Virus record (IMG/VR): IMGVR_UViG_3300002552_000444
Coordinates: 1 to 64,000 of that record
Strand: one strand, 5' to 3'
Origin: a virus
Taxonomy: Duplodnaviria; Caudoviricetes
Length of the DNA stretch: 64,000 nt
In this document: positions 1-8,817 of the stretch, piece after piece
How positions within the stretch are numbered: the stretch's first letter is position 1
Layout: each line of letters begins with the position of its first letter
Made by a program: the position numbers and the translations under genes
The notes under the pieces: generated by a model
Told to the model about the DNA's origin: nothing
The model's database searches: none
What the model saw: the letters and a program-made list of their open reading frames with translations, nothing else

Positions 1-714
1 ATGATGTCGCAGGATTTTGCTATGGAAAAATCTAATGACAGCGACAAAAAAGATAAGAAACAAAAAATATTACGAAACGAGTTTCAAATGGTGGGGTCAC
101 ACGATATGCCGCTTGTCAGGCGTCAAAATATTGACCTTCGCAAAGTTGAACCGTGGTGCTACTCAAAAGCCAAGCAAGACGATCCGGAAAATAGGCATAA
201 GACAATTCATTTTTTTACCTATGACTGGCTTTATGAAACCGTTTATACTAAGCCGGAAGCAGCTCTTGAAAAGTTAGGCCAATATTATGCCCTAATGACA
301 CCTGATTTCAGTTGTTACTTCGAGATGCCGAGGGTGTTGCAAATGCACAGCACTTTCAAAAACCGCTGGTGCGGTGCCTTTTGGCAATCTCAAGGTATGC
401 GGGTAATTCCCACTATCGAATGGGGCGATGCAAGCAGTTTTGATTTTGCCTTTGACGGCGTGGAGCAAGGCTCTGTTGTTGCAGTTTCAACATACACAAG
501 AGAGGGTTATGAACGGGAATACTTGAAGGGCTATAACAAAATGCTTGAAAAGATTAAGCCTTCGGCAATTCTTTGTTATGGCGATCCGTTTTATGAGATG
601 AGGGGCAATATTATAGCGCTCAGTCCGTTTGATCACAAGGAATTGATAGCGAAGATGGGTATTCGGGAATATACAAACAAGTATCTTGCCAGTGAATTAT
701 ATCCGTCGAACTAG
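1..714 (+). CDS. DUF4417-family phage protein (may be 5'-partial)
   Basis: IHFFTYD, TPDFSCY, KNRWCGAFWQSQGMRVIPTIEW and VAVST...ILCYG motifs typical of DUF4417. Confidence 0.8.
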   Translation: MMSQDFAMEKSNDSDKKDKKQKILRNEFQMVGSHDMPLVRRQNIDLRKVEPWCYSKAKQDDPENRHKTIHFFTYDWLYETVYTKPEAALEKLGQYYALMTPDFSCYFEMPRVLQMHSTFKNRWCGAFWQSQGMRVIPTIEWGDASSFDFAFDGVEQGSVVAVSTYTREGYEREYLKGYNKMLEKIKPSAILCYGDPFYEMRGNIIALSPFDHKELIAKMGIREYTNKYLASELYPSN

Positions 715-723
715 GAGGTTAAC

Positions 724-1539
724 ATGCGAAACAATTTAATATTAACCATTGATCTTCTTCCGAAAGGAGCGTGGGGAAACAATCTCTCTCGCACTCTTCC
801 AAAAAAAGACTGGGATGTAATTAGAAATAAATGCTACGCACGATTTAATTATCGTTGTGCTATTTGCGGATATAATGAGTCAAAACTGGACGCTCATGAG
901 GTTTGGCATTTTGACATTAGAAACCGCATTCAAACCCTAGTGGATATTATCGCTCTCTGCTCCGCTTGTCACGGCGTCAAGCATATCAGAAATTCCGAGC
1001 GAATCGGTTACGGTGAAAATGCCAAAAGGCACTTTATGCGGATTAACGGATGCGATCAAATTACCTTTGCAAAGCACTACACAGACGCTCAATTTCTTTT
1101 TGACGAGAGGAATCAAGTCTTGCGTTGGAAGTTAAGCGCCAATCTCGATAGATACGGCGTCAAAGGAGTAGAGACAAAACAGCGTGATATTCCTCTGATT
1201 GTGAGTCCTTATGAGGAAGTTGACTGGAACGCATACAACTATGAAAACGCCATTACAAATGCAAATAATCGCAAAAAGCCTTTTGGAATGCCTCCAAAAA
1301 TTCGTTCTATTGAAGTCGATAATTATCAAGGAACTATAACAATCAAGGCTGATTATGCACGCAAAATTCAATGGCTGAACGAAAAAGATGTAATTAAGAC
1401 AGAATATAGCACCATTTGCGGAAAATTTATCACAGAGTTTAAAGTCGAAAACCTCCCTTATCGTCACATCATGTTTAGGCTTATCGGTGATGATGGACAA
1501 ATAATTTCACAGCCATTTGATTTGAGAAAAATATCATAA
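724..1539 (+). CDS. HNH-type endonuclease with C-terminal beta-rich extension
   Basis: CAICG...AHEVW...LCSACH...H zinc/HNH signature; AGGAGG RBS overlapping the previous stop. Confidence 0.7.
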   Translation: MRNNLILTIDLLPKGAWGNNLSRTLPKKDWDVIRNKCYARFNYRCAICGYNESKLDAHEVWHFDIRNRIQTLVDIIALCSACHGVKHIRNSERIGYGENAKRHFMRINGCDQITFAKHYTDAQFLFDERNQVLRWKLSANLDRYGVKGVETKQRDIPLIVSPYEEVDWNAYNYENAITNANNRKKPFGMPPKIRSIEVDNYQGTITIKADYARKIQWLNEKDVIKTEYSTICGKFITEFKVENLPYRHIMFRLIGDDGQIISQPFDLRKIS

Positions 1540-1556
1540 GGTCTTTTCAAGGGACT

Positions 1557-1592
1557 AAAAGCACGCTGAAAATTCGGCGTGCTTTTTTGTTT
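1557..1592 (+). terminator. intrinsic terminator
   Basis: aaaagcacgctgaa-a-ttcggcgtgctttttt hairpin plus T-tract. Confidence 0.8.
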
Positions 1593-1812
1593 TCATAGCA
1601 TAATTCGAGTATTTTTTAGTTGCTTCGTAACCAAAACATAACTAGTTGCATAGAATGCTTTTAAGAGAAATTGTAGTTCAATACGAATTAAAAAAGGAGT
1701 TTTACATATTTATGGCGACAGTTGTTATTGATGTTAGGCACATAAAAGCACCATATAGTTTTGTCTAGTAAATATTGTGTTGTTTTAATAGATTTTTGCA
1801 CATGCTAAACTT

Positions 1813-2655
1813 ATGAAAACATCAATAAATTTTGGGTTAGTATATATTCCTGTTGTTTTGCAGTTATCGGCGAAGGTGGAGGAGATTAGTTTTAATCAGT
1901 TGGACAAAAAGACTAAATCGCGGATTCGATATAGTAAGACTTGCGATGAGTGCGAGGGCGATGTTGTTGAGTCGCAAGATATTGTCAAGGCGTATCAGTA
2001 TCAAAAGGATAAATATGTCATTTTTGAAGAGGCGGATTTTGACAAATTGAAGGGCGAAACTGACAAGAGTATTGTTATTGAGAGTTTTGTCAGTTTGGAC
2101 GAAATTGACCCAGCATATTATGACAAGCATTATTATGTCGGGCATGATGGAAATGAAAAAGGGTTTGCGTTACTTCTGCATTTATTAGAAAGCGAGAACA
2201 AGGTTGCGATTGCAAAAACTATTTTAGGAAGCAAGGAAAAGGTCATCGTTCTTCGCGCAAAATCTGGCGACATGCTACTATCTTCCCTTTTCTTTGAAAG
2301 CGAGTTGCAAGACAACAAGGCAAAAGCGATTAAGACGAGCCCTAGCAAACAAGAGTTGGAATTGGGCAAAAAATTGTTGAAAAGTATGAGCGCAAAATTC
2401 GAGCCTGAAAAATACAAGGACGAATATGCCGAGCGAGTTAAGAATGCGATAGAATTAAAAATTGCGGGCAAACTCATAAAAGAGACGAAGAAAACGAAGT
2501 CGAAATCTGTTGTTGACTTGATGGAAGCGTTGACACAGAGTATCACGAACACCAATGAAAAAACATACCGAAAACCTAAACCTAAAACCAATGCTATTGC
2601 AAACAACAAAAAAACCATTCGACAAGGACGGATGGCTGTTCGAGCTAAAGCTTGA
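1813..2655 (+). CDS. ku: Ku DNA end-binding protein (NHEJ)
   Basis: SINFGLVYIPV, FNQL...RIRY, IVKAYQY, IDPAYYDKHYY, FEPEKYKDEY, VVDLMEALTQS; basic C-terminal tail. Confidence 0.95.
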   Translation: MKTSINFGLVYIPVVLQLSAKVEEISFNQLDKKTKSRIRYSKTCDECEGDVVESQDIVKAYQYQKDKYVIFEEADFDKLKGETDKSIVIESFVSLDEIDPAYYDKHYYVGHDGNEKGFALLLHLLESENKVAIAKTILGSKEKVIVLRAKSGDMLLSSLFFESELQDNKAKAIKTSPSKQELELGKKLLKSMSAKFEPEKYKDEYAERVKNAIELKIAGKLIKETKKTKSKSVVDLMEALTQSITNTNEKTYRKPKPKTNAIANNKKTIRQGRMAVRAKA

Positions 2656-3181
2656 TGGGATTCGATGCTTGATTTATGTTGATGGAACAACTCTCATAAA
2701 CAAGCAAGGAGAGGACATTTCGAGAATTTATCCAGAAATTCAACTGAGCAATTCGGTTACATCCGATGTTGTTTTGGACGGCGAAATAGTTGTTATGACT
2801 AATGGCGTTCCAGATTTCTATGCGCTAAGATCAAGGTCGCTTTTAAGAGACGATTTCAAAATTAACATCGCATCACAAACAACACCCGCCAGTTTTGTTG
2901 CCTTTGACATTCTTAGTTTGGGCGGTAAAAGTTTGTGCGACTTGCCACTCCATGAGAGAAAGAAAATATTAAGCGCGAATGTCGAAGAAAATGACTTAAG
3001 CATTTCGAGATATGTCGAAACTCATGGAACAGCACTTTTCCAAAAAGCAGTCAGCAACAATCTTGAAGGCATCATCGCAAAACGCATGGACAGCAAATAC
3101 AGATGTGGCAAACGCTCCCACGACTGGTTGAAAATAATAAACCCCAACTTCCCTCTCACGAGAAAATTAAACAAAAAATAA
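2555..3181 (+). CDS. minimal ATP-dependent DNA ligase (adenylation domain only)
   Basis: KPML, ELKLDGIRC (motif I), LDGEIV, FVAFDIL, EGIIAKR, WLKI; ends with no OB-fold; overlaps ku by 101 nt. Confidence 0.88.
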   Translation: MKKHTENLNLKPMLLQTTKKPFDKDGWLFELKLDGIRCLIYVDGTTLINKQGEDISRIYPEIQLSNSVTSDVVLDGEIVVMTNGVPDFYALRSRSLLRDDFKINIASQTTPASFVAFDILSLGGKSLCDLPLHERKKILSANVEENDLSISRYVETHGTALFQKAVSNNLEGIIAKRMDSKYRCGKRSHDWLKIINPNFPLTRKLNKK

Positions 3182-3235
3182 CGACAAAAAGTTTCGCTAA
3201 AACAAGCGAAACTTTTTAAATTATGGAGGCAAAAA

Positions 3236-3874
3236 ATGACAATAGAATTAATAATAATTGCGGTGATAATTGCTTTGATTATTGCAAGCAATATTAAAGC
3301 AAGAGAAAACTTGAATAAATTCAAGAACGAAAACAATGCGAGCTTCGCCGTTGAGGTCGAAGAATTCGCGACATGGGCTGAAACCATTTTCAAAGACTAT
3401 TCCGACGAGGTAGGGATTGAAAATGCGAAGGGTGAATTGACGCCATATTACACTCAGTATGGAAAAGAGTTTGCAAAGTTTTATGAAGATGAAAATGGCT
3501 TTGTTATGCCAAAAGTTATTTGGGATAGGCGAAGTCATCTTTGTTTGTTAAAGCCTTTTACGGGACTAAGAGACCCGACGGCGATTGAGAATTTGCGAGT
3601 TAAATATGGCTTGCCAGCTGATGAAGAAATGAGATTTGATAAAAGCGTTAATGGAGCGAGTGGTATGTTTAGTGTCTATAATGGCACAAGCAAAATCTAC
3701 TACTCTGATGTCAGTAAAATTTTGCTTTTAGTCGTTTATCGCTCGTTAAAACAAAAAGGCTGCAACTTAGGAAAAAATCATATAACCCTTGATGACGCAA
3801 CCGAATACAAATTAATACTAGATATTCTAAAAAGACGCCCTTGGTTAAGTGGTGAATTTAGACGGTTTGGTTAG
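3236..3874 (+). CDS. hypothetical protein with N-terminal membrane anchor
   Basis: GGAGG RBS; hydrophobic IELIIIAVIIALIIA; followed by a terminator. Confidence 0.7.
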   Translation: MTIELIIIAVIIALIIASNIKARENLNKFKNENNASFAVEVEEFATWAETIFKDYSDEVGIENAKGELTPYYTQYGKEFAKFYEDENGFVMPKVIWDRRSHLCLLKPFTGLRDPTAIENLRVKYGLPADEEMRFDKSVNGASGMFSVYNGTSKIYYSDVSKILLLVVYRSLKQKGCNLGKNHITLDDATEYKLILDILKRRPWLSGEFRRFG

Positions 3875-3930
3875 TTTCAACTACTTTCACAAACATTTCA
3901 AATAATATTTAATTTTCAACACAATAACAC

Positions 3931-3973
3931 AAAGCCCCGCAAAGAATGATTTCTTTGTGGGGCTTTTTTTTTT
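3931..3973 (+). terminator. intrinsic terminator
   Basis: gccccgcaaagaa-tgat-ttctttgtggggc followed by T10. Confidence 0.85.
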
Positions 3974-4084
3974 GCTCTTTTTTTCTCTCTCTTAGTGCTA
4001 TGAATAGTGATGCTGTTTTTATTTTAAAAAATACAACCCATAGAAATGACACAACAAGACCTAATAACCGATTTCGGAAAAACT

Positions 4085-4474
4085 CTACTTGCAATTTTCT
4101 GTGACTACTAAATCAAACCCCCCACCTCTAAGTTCGCTCAAATCAAACTTGGATAAAAGCGCGTGCCTACAAGTGTTTTTGCGCGATGAATGTCGCAATT
4201 CCAACATATCCGCCAATGTGTTTATACATACAGATTCATCGTAATACTTGAGATAACCGTTCAACTTATCATTACCCTCATATCCTATCGTTTTCTCCTC
4301 TTCTTCACACACTTCAGCATGAGCATCACAAATTCTATTCATCATATCATCATATTTTGAAATGATATTTTTGTGAAGGCGGCAACCATTAATTACCCTT
4401 TCGCCAAGAAATACTAGCTCAGCGAGAGTCAATAGTTCTTCTTCTGATTCAAAAGTTATACCTTTATTGTTCAT
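4085..4474 (-). CDS. hypothetical protein
   Basis: 129-aa ORF with GAGGAG RBS upstream. Confidence 0.6.
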   Translation of the reverse strand: MNNKGITFESEEELLTLAELVFLGERVINGCRLHKNIISKYDDMMNRICDAHAEVCEEEEKTIGYEGNDKLNGYLKYYDESVCINTLADMLELRHSSRKNTCRHALLSKFDLSELRGGGFDLVVTENCK

Positions 4475-4711
4475 TTGATTTTTTCTCCTCTAATGAAATT
4501 AATATGGTTTTATGCTTTTTACCACTATTAAATTATACCAAATTTCATCAGCACTACCAAGTATATTAAACTCAAAATAAAAAACAATCAAAAAAACTTT
4601 CTACATAACACGACACAATATTACAAACTAGCAATTATCAATCATTCTATAAACAAAAAAAACATTCCCTATGCAAAAAAATTTTCATTAGGACAAAAAG
4701 GCGGCATTATC

Positions 4712-4927
4712 ATGACAATCGAACTACTTATTATTGTGACAGTAATTGTCGCATTTTTTATCGGACACCTGAAAGTGAAAGAAAATTTAACAAATACAAA
4801 AATGACAACAATGCGAGCTTCGCTGTTGAGTCAAATCGCAAATTACGATGTCGCCGAATATCAACAAAGCACGAACTTCGCCAAGAAGCATCCTTGGTTA
4901 AGTGGTGAGTTTCGGAGATTCGGATAG
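4712..4927 (+). pseudogene. decayed paralog of 3236..3874 (frameshift plus large internal deletion)
   Basis: Shares MTIEL start, nucleotide tract acaatgcgagcttcgc-gttgag (in a shifted frame) and PWLSGEFRRFG* end with 3236..3874; ~420 nt missing. Confidence 0.8.
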
Positions 4928-4988
4928 CACTAACTCGACCAAATAACTTTTTGATTCAATTTAACCACCTTTTCATTAAATAAACGAT

Positions 4989-5030
4989 GTCCGCACAAAG
5001 AAATGAATCTTTGTGCGGGCCTTTTTTTTT
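4989..5030 (+). terminator. intrinsic terminator, paralog of 3931..3973
   Basis: gtccgcacaaaga-aatgaa-tctttgtgcgggc followed by T9 and gctctttt. Confidence 0.85.
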
Positions 5031-5047
5031 GCTCTTTTTATAATTGC

Positions 5048-5413
5048 CTATATCATGTCCGTGTAAAAATAACTTTGTGGTGGGGTAAAATTTTTTATTG
5101 CTTCATATGGGTTGATATTTTCTTTTCGTAGGTTTTTAATCTTTAGGGCGAAGCCTAGTTCCTTTCCCTTGTAGTATTCTAAAAAACCTTTCTTATCCAT
5201 TCCCGATGTTTTGCCACAATTTTCCCATAGACTCTCTGGTGTGTCTTGAATTATGTCAAATTCGAAACTGCCGACAATCCATTTTGTTGGGGCTGTTTCG
5301 TAGATATAGATTCGAGTTGCTTTATGAGGAATTACTCTTCTAAATTCAAAGAGCTTCTCTCCTGAAAGAATCTTTTGGCTATACTCGCCTCTTATTGACA
5401 TTATTGCATTCAT
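5048..5413 (-). CDS. ASCH domain protein
   Basis: MSIR...ILSGEKLFEFRR, IYIYET.P, IVG.F, PPQSYFY. Confidence 0.9.
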   Translation of the reverse strand: MNAIMSIRGEYSQKILSGEKLFEFRRVIPHKATRIYIYETAPTKWIVGSFEFDIIQDTPESLWENCGKTSGMDKKGFLEYYKGKELGFALKIKNLRKENINPYEAIKNFTPPQSYFYTDMI

Positions 5414-5420
5414 TGTTTTT

Positions 5421-5448
5421 ATTATACATACCTTTTCTTATTTGTCAA
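5421..5448 (-). promoter_or_regulatory. sigmaA promoter for ASCH gene (leaderless)
   Basis: TTGACA-16-TATAAT, 7 nt before the ATG. Confidence 0.6.
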
Positions 5449-5927
5449 TCTGCTAGACTATCTTTTGCAAAAAATGTGTAGGTTATAACGCCTCGTGGTA
5501 GTGTGCGAAATTTTTTAATAAACGCCTCGCTTGCCACATCCTTTCCATATCGCGATAAAATCCATTCTTCATTTTTACATAGAGCATTGACTAAATTTTT
5601 TGCAGTTGTTGTTATTGCAAAATCAAATCCTTGTTTCATATACATTTTTGCAATTTCTTCAAGAAACTTTATTCCCAATCCTATTCCTTGGTAGTCAGGC
5701 AAAATGACCATGCGACTACACTTTTTCAATTTCTTGTTTCTGCATGGAAAATGGATGACTCCAATTATTCCTATGATATCGCCCGCCTCAGTATATAGTC
5801 CATGCCATCGCGCAGCCTTGGGGGCATCTGCTGTCAGATAGTGATAACGCTTGAACTTTCCCCAATCGCCAAGACTGCATTGTCTGATGTAGAACTTTTG
5901 CTGCGGTCTTGGCGACTGACAAAAAAA
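5445..5927 (-). CDS. Mom-like/GNAT acetyltransferase domain, reached by -1 frameshift from the ABC ATPase
   Basis: -1 frame reads ...CQSPRPQQKFYIRQCSLGDWGKFKRYHYL...CSRMVILPDYQGIGLG; no start codon until TTG 5729, which lies inside the domain. Confidence 0.8.
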   Translation of the reverse strand, partial: FFCQSPRPQQKFYIRQCSLGDWGKFKRYHYLTADAPKAARWHGLYTEAGDIIGIIGVIHFPCRNKKLKKCSRMVILPDYQGIGLGIKFLEEIAKMYMKQGFDFAITTTAKNLVNALCKNEEWILSRYGKDVASEAFIKKFRTLPRGVITYTFFAKDSLAD

Positions 5928-6511
5928 CTTTTCATGGTGTTGGTGTCAAATACCCAATCTGGCTGAAGGTAGTCAATAACATCATAATGACATCCTACCG
6001 CTACGAACTTTTTGTTGTCGCGCCTAATAGCCTTACTGAGAGCAATACAAGCAGTTTTGGCGACCTCACGATCCACAACGCTTGTGAACTCATCAAAGAC
6101 AATAAAATCTCGCTCAAGAACAGCTCGCGCCAAATCGACACGCATTTTTTCGCCATTAGATAGAACATTGTATGGCTTAATCCATGACGGAACGCTTCCG
6201 AAGCCAACGCTATAAAATGCTCTTGTTATTTCATCAACGGAGCAATTTCTTGGCATATCGTCAATTACGCTTTTTCTCCTATATCGAAAGCCTTTGATAA
6301 GTTCTTTGTTAAACAATTCTTTTGCGATTGTGCTTTTGCCTGTTCCGCTTCCACCGACTATGAGTCCTATGTTCCACTCACTTGGGATTTCTATCACCCC
6401 CTCGAAATGCTCTTCGCTCTCGTCCACATCATAGTCAAACTCCGCGCTTATCTTTGCTACTCTAAATGTTTTTTCTACTTCACTCTTTTTCGTTATGTTG
6501 AAAGTTTGCAT
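5834..6511 (-). CDS. phage-type soluble ABC ATPase
   Basis: GGSGTGKS (Walker A), LSNGEKMR (signature), IVFDEFTSVVDR (Walker B), GCH; no TM partner. Confidence 0.9.
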   Translation of the reverse strand: MQTFNITKKSEVEKTFRVAKISAEFDYDVDESEEHFEGVIEIPSEWNIGLIVGGSGTGKSTIAKELFNKELIKGFRYRRKSVIDDMPRNCSVDEITRAFYSVGFGSVPSWIKPYNVLSNGEKMRVDLARAVLERDFIVFDEFTSVVDREVAKTACIALSKAIRRDNKKFVAVGCHYDVIDYLQPDWVFDTNTMKSFFVSRQDRSKSSTSDNAVLAIGESSSVITI

Positions 6512-6666
6512 TTTAACCCTTCCCTTATTAGTTTATTAAAAATTTTCTCTTGTTGCTTTTCGCTGTCGCAGATAATTACTACATCGAATTTTCTCCTATT
6601 CAAAATCAAGTTTGAAAAGTCTTTTCTGTCCTTTTTTGGTTTTTCTACTTTGTTTTCATTTTCCAT
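6493..6666 (-). CDS. small ABC-ATPase-associated protein
   Basis: AGGAG RBS; VVIICDSEKQQEKIFNKLIREGLKCK resembles, from recall, the small domain found upstream of phage ABC-GNAT genes; overlaps the ATPase start. Confidence 0.6.
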   Translation of the reverse strand: MENENKVEKPKKDRKDFSNLILNRRKFDVVIICDSEKQQEKIFNKLIREGLKCKLST

Positions 6667-6753
6667 TCTTTTTCTCCTAGACGAAAAACACAACGCTCGC
6701 CTTTAGCGAATTGCGTCATGTTTTGCTTTTTATATTTGTTTTCTTATTTCCTT

Positions 6754-8817
6754 TTAGTTTTTTATTTTGTTCAAGAAATCGCCGTTGTCGATTTCATAGA
6801 GCCATCGAAGATAACTTGCATAGACAATTGTCCTTGACTTGTATTTCATGTTTTCGATTGATTTTTCGCTTGTCAAAATAACTTGATTTTTTCCCCGCGT
6901 TAGAGCAACGAAAAACACTCTCAATTCCTCTTCTAAATCCTTATAAGTTTTTTCTCTCAAAAATCTTTCATAAGATTCGTCAACGACACTTTCTTCTTTT
7001 TTCCAAAACACATACTTGCTATCTAACCCGAACACCTTTTCTTTATCCAAAACAATCTCTTGTTTCTTCTTCCAAATCAAATTACGGTCAATATTCGGAA
7101 CAATGACTGAATCGAATGAGAGCCCCTTTGCTTTGTGGATCGTGGAAACAATTACCGCATTAGAAATCTTGTTGACAGGAATTTCTGCTTGATCTTCTTC
7201 CTTTTCAATCACAATCATCATGTTGAGATATTCAGCAAACTCGATTGATCGTATTGGGGACTCACCAAAGTTCCGCGCTATGTCGATGAGCTTGTGAAGG
7301 TTCGCCTCTTCTTGCTGTTTGTTCTGGGCTTGCAAATATTCAAGTAGGTGAGTCTTCTTATAGAGCAATTCCAAAAAGTGAGCAATGCTTTGACTTTTGA
7401 TTTCCTTACGAAGTTCAATTAGTAAGTTTGTGAAATTTGCATTGTCGGCAAACCTTGAATAACTCAAGCAGAATTCAGTATATTGAAATTCGGATTCAAA
7501 AACATCGCCTCCGTAGATAATGGCGTTTAGCATTTTAAGAGTGTCGATAATGCACGGTGACTTGTAGAAACTTTTGCCACCGTAAACAACAACAGGAATC
7601 TTTGCTTGCTTTAATGCCCTTACGCATCTTTCCAATTCATAGTTTGTCCTACAAAGCACAGAAATGCCCTTATAGCCTTGTTTGTTCCCTCTAGCAATCT
7701 CTACCGCACTTGTCACTTTCGTAGATTCTAGGAACTTCATAGGCTCATACATCGAATCATCACGAGTTGCTTTCAATTCAATGTGATCGAACTTTAACTC
7801 TCTTTTGTTGTGATAAAATTTCGACCTGAATATGTTGTTGATTTCCCTTATCAGAACTGTTCCCGCTCTAAAGTTTTCCGTCAGAATGACCCCTCCTTCA
7901 CCTAAATTCATCTTGCTTGCCATGTTGTCAAAACTGTCTGGATTTGCATTTCTAAAGTTATATATTGCTTGATTTTTATCACCCGCGATAAACAACTTAA
8001 TTCCAGCGTTCAGAAGTGAGGACAAAAACTTGTGCTGGTCATTGTCGGTGTCTTGAAACTCGTCAACGAACACATACTTAAACTGCTTTGCGACAATCTT
8101 TGCAGTTCTCTCGTCCTGCATCAATTTCGCCGCATATCTAATCGAATCATTTTTGGTTAGGATATTTTTTCTTAACTTCACTTTTTCAATTTCTTCAATT
8201 GCTTGCAAATACACATCTCGAATCGCCACCTTGATGTCTGCCAAACGCTCGTTAGGGTCATCAACAACAAAATCATCTATTGTTGCTTCAATGCCCTTGT
8301 CAAGATTTGACTCAATCAATTTTTTCACAAGAACAATCATCTTGTATGTTGGCAATAAATTAGCGCCATTATCTTCATATCGTTGCTTAATCGTTTCAAA
8401 AATTATTTCTTCTGATTCGCGAGCAAAACTGCCAACCAAGAAACTAGGAGCAATGTCAATTTCAAGTCCATGCTCACGAAGTAGTCTTTCGCAAAACTTA
8501 TGGATTGTGAAAATGTTGCTTGCTCCTAATTGGTCAATCTGCTCTCGTAAGAATGCGCTTGGATTGATTCGGTATTTTTTATACAACGCATCTGATAACC
8601 TATTCCTCATTTCATTTGTCGCATTGTTTGTGAAAGTTATTAGGACGATTTTATCAAGCGGCACTCCTCGGTCAATCAACTTCTCAATCTTGCGAACAAT
8701 AATTTCGGTCTTGCCTGTTCCAGCGCATGACACAAGGTAGCCTGGATAAACATTGCTATTTGCTTCCTGACTCTGCTGTTCGGTTAAATTCAAGTTTTTG
8801 ATGTTTTCCTTTCTCAT
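6754..8817 (-). CDS. UvrD/AddA-like SF1 helicase without C-terminal nuclease
   Basis: AGTGKT, ITFTNNA, TIHKFC, VDEFQDT, GDKNQAIYNFR, ENFR, LCRTN, STIHKAKGL, EEL.VFFVALTRGK. Confidence 0.92.
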   Translation of the reverse strand: MRKENIKNLNLTEQQSQEANSNVYPGYLVSCAGTGKTEIIVRKIEKLIDRGVPLDKIVLITFTNNATNEMRNRLSDALYKKYRINPSAFLREQIDQLGASNIFTIHKFCERLLREHGLEIDIAPSFLVGSFARESEEIIFETIKQRYEDNGANLLPTYKMIVLVKKLIESNLDKGIEATIDDFVVDDPNERLADIKVAIRDVYLQAIEEIEKVKLRKNILTKNDSIRYAAKLMQDERTAKIVAKQFKYVFVDEFQDTDNDQHKFLSSLLNAGIKLFIAGDKNQAIYNFRNANPDSFDNMASKMNLGEGGVILTENFRAGTVLIREINNIFRSKFYHNKRELKFDHIELKATRDDSMYEPMKFLESTKVTSAVEIARGNKQGYKGISVLCRTNYELERCVRALKQAKIPVVVYGGKSFYKSPCIIDTLKMLNAIIYGGDVFESEFQYTEFCLSYSRFADNANFTNLLIELRKEIKSQSIAHFLELLYKKTHLLEYLQAQNKQQEEANLHKLIDIARNFGESPIRSIEFAEYLNMMIVIEKEEDQAEIPVNKISNAVIVSTIHKAKGLSFDSVIVPNIDRNLIWKKKQEIVLDKEKVFGLDSKYVFWKKEESVVDESYERFLREKTYKDLEEELRVFFVALTRGKNQVILTSEKSIENMKYKSRTIVYASYLRWLYEIDNGDFLNKIKN

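Noticed and set aside
1775-1812. Sporulation sigmaG-type promoter for ku (CATGCTA)
   Set aside because: No matching -35 at the expected spacing.
5834-6511. ABC transporter
   Set aside because: No permease nearby; the context is a GNAT fusion.
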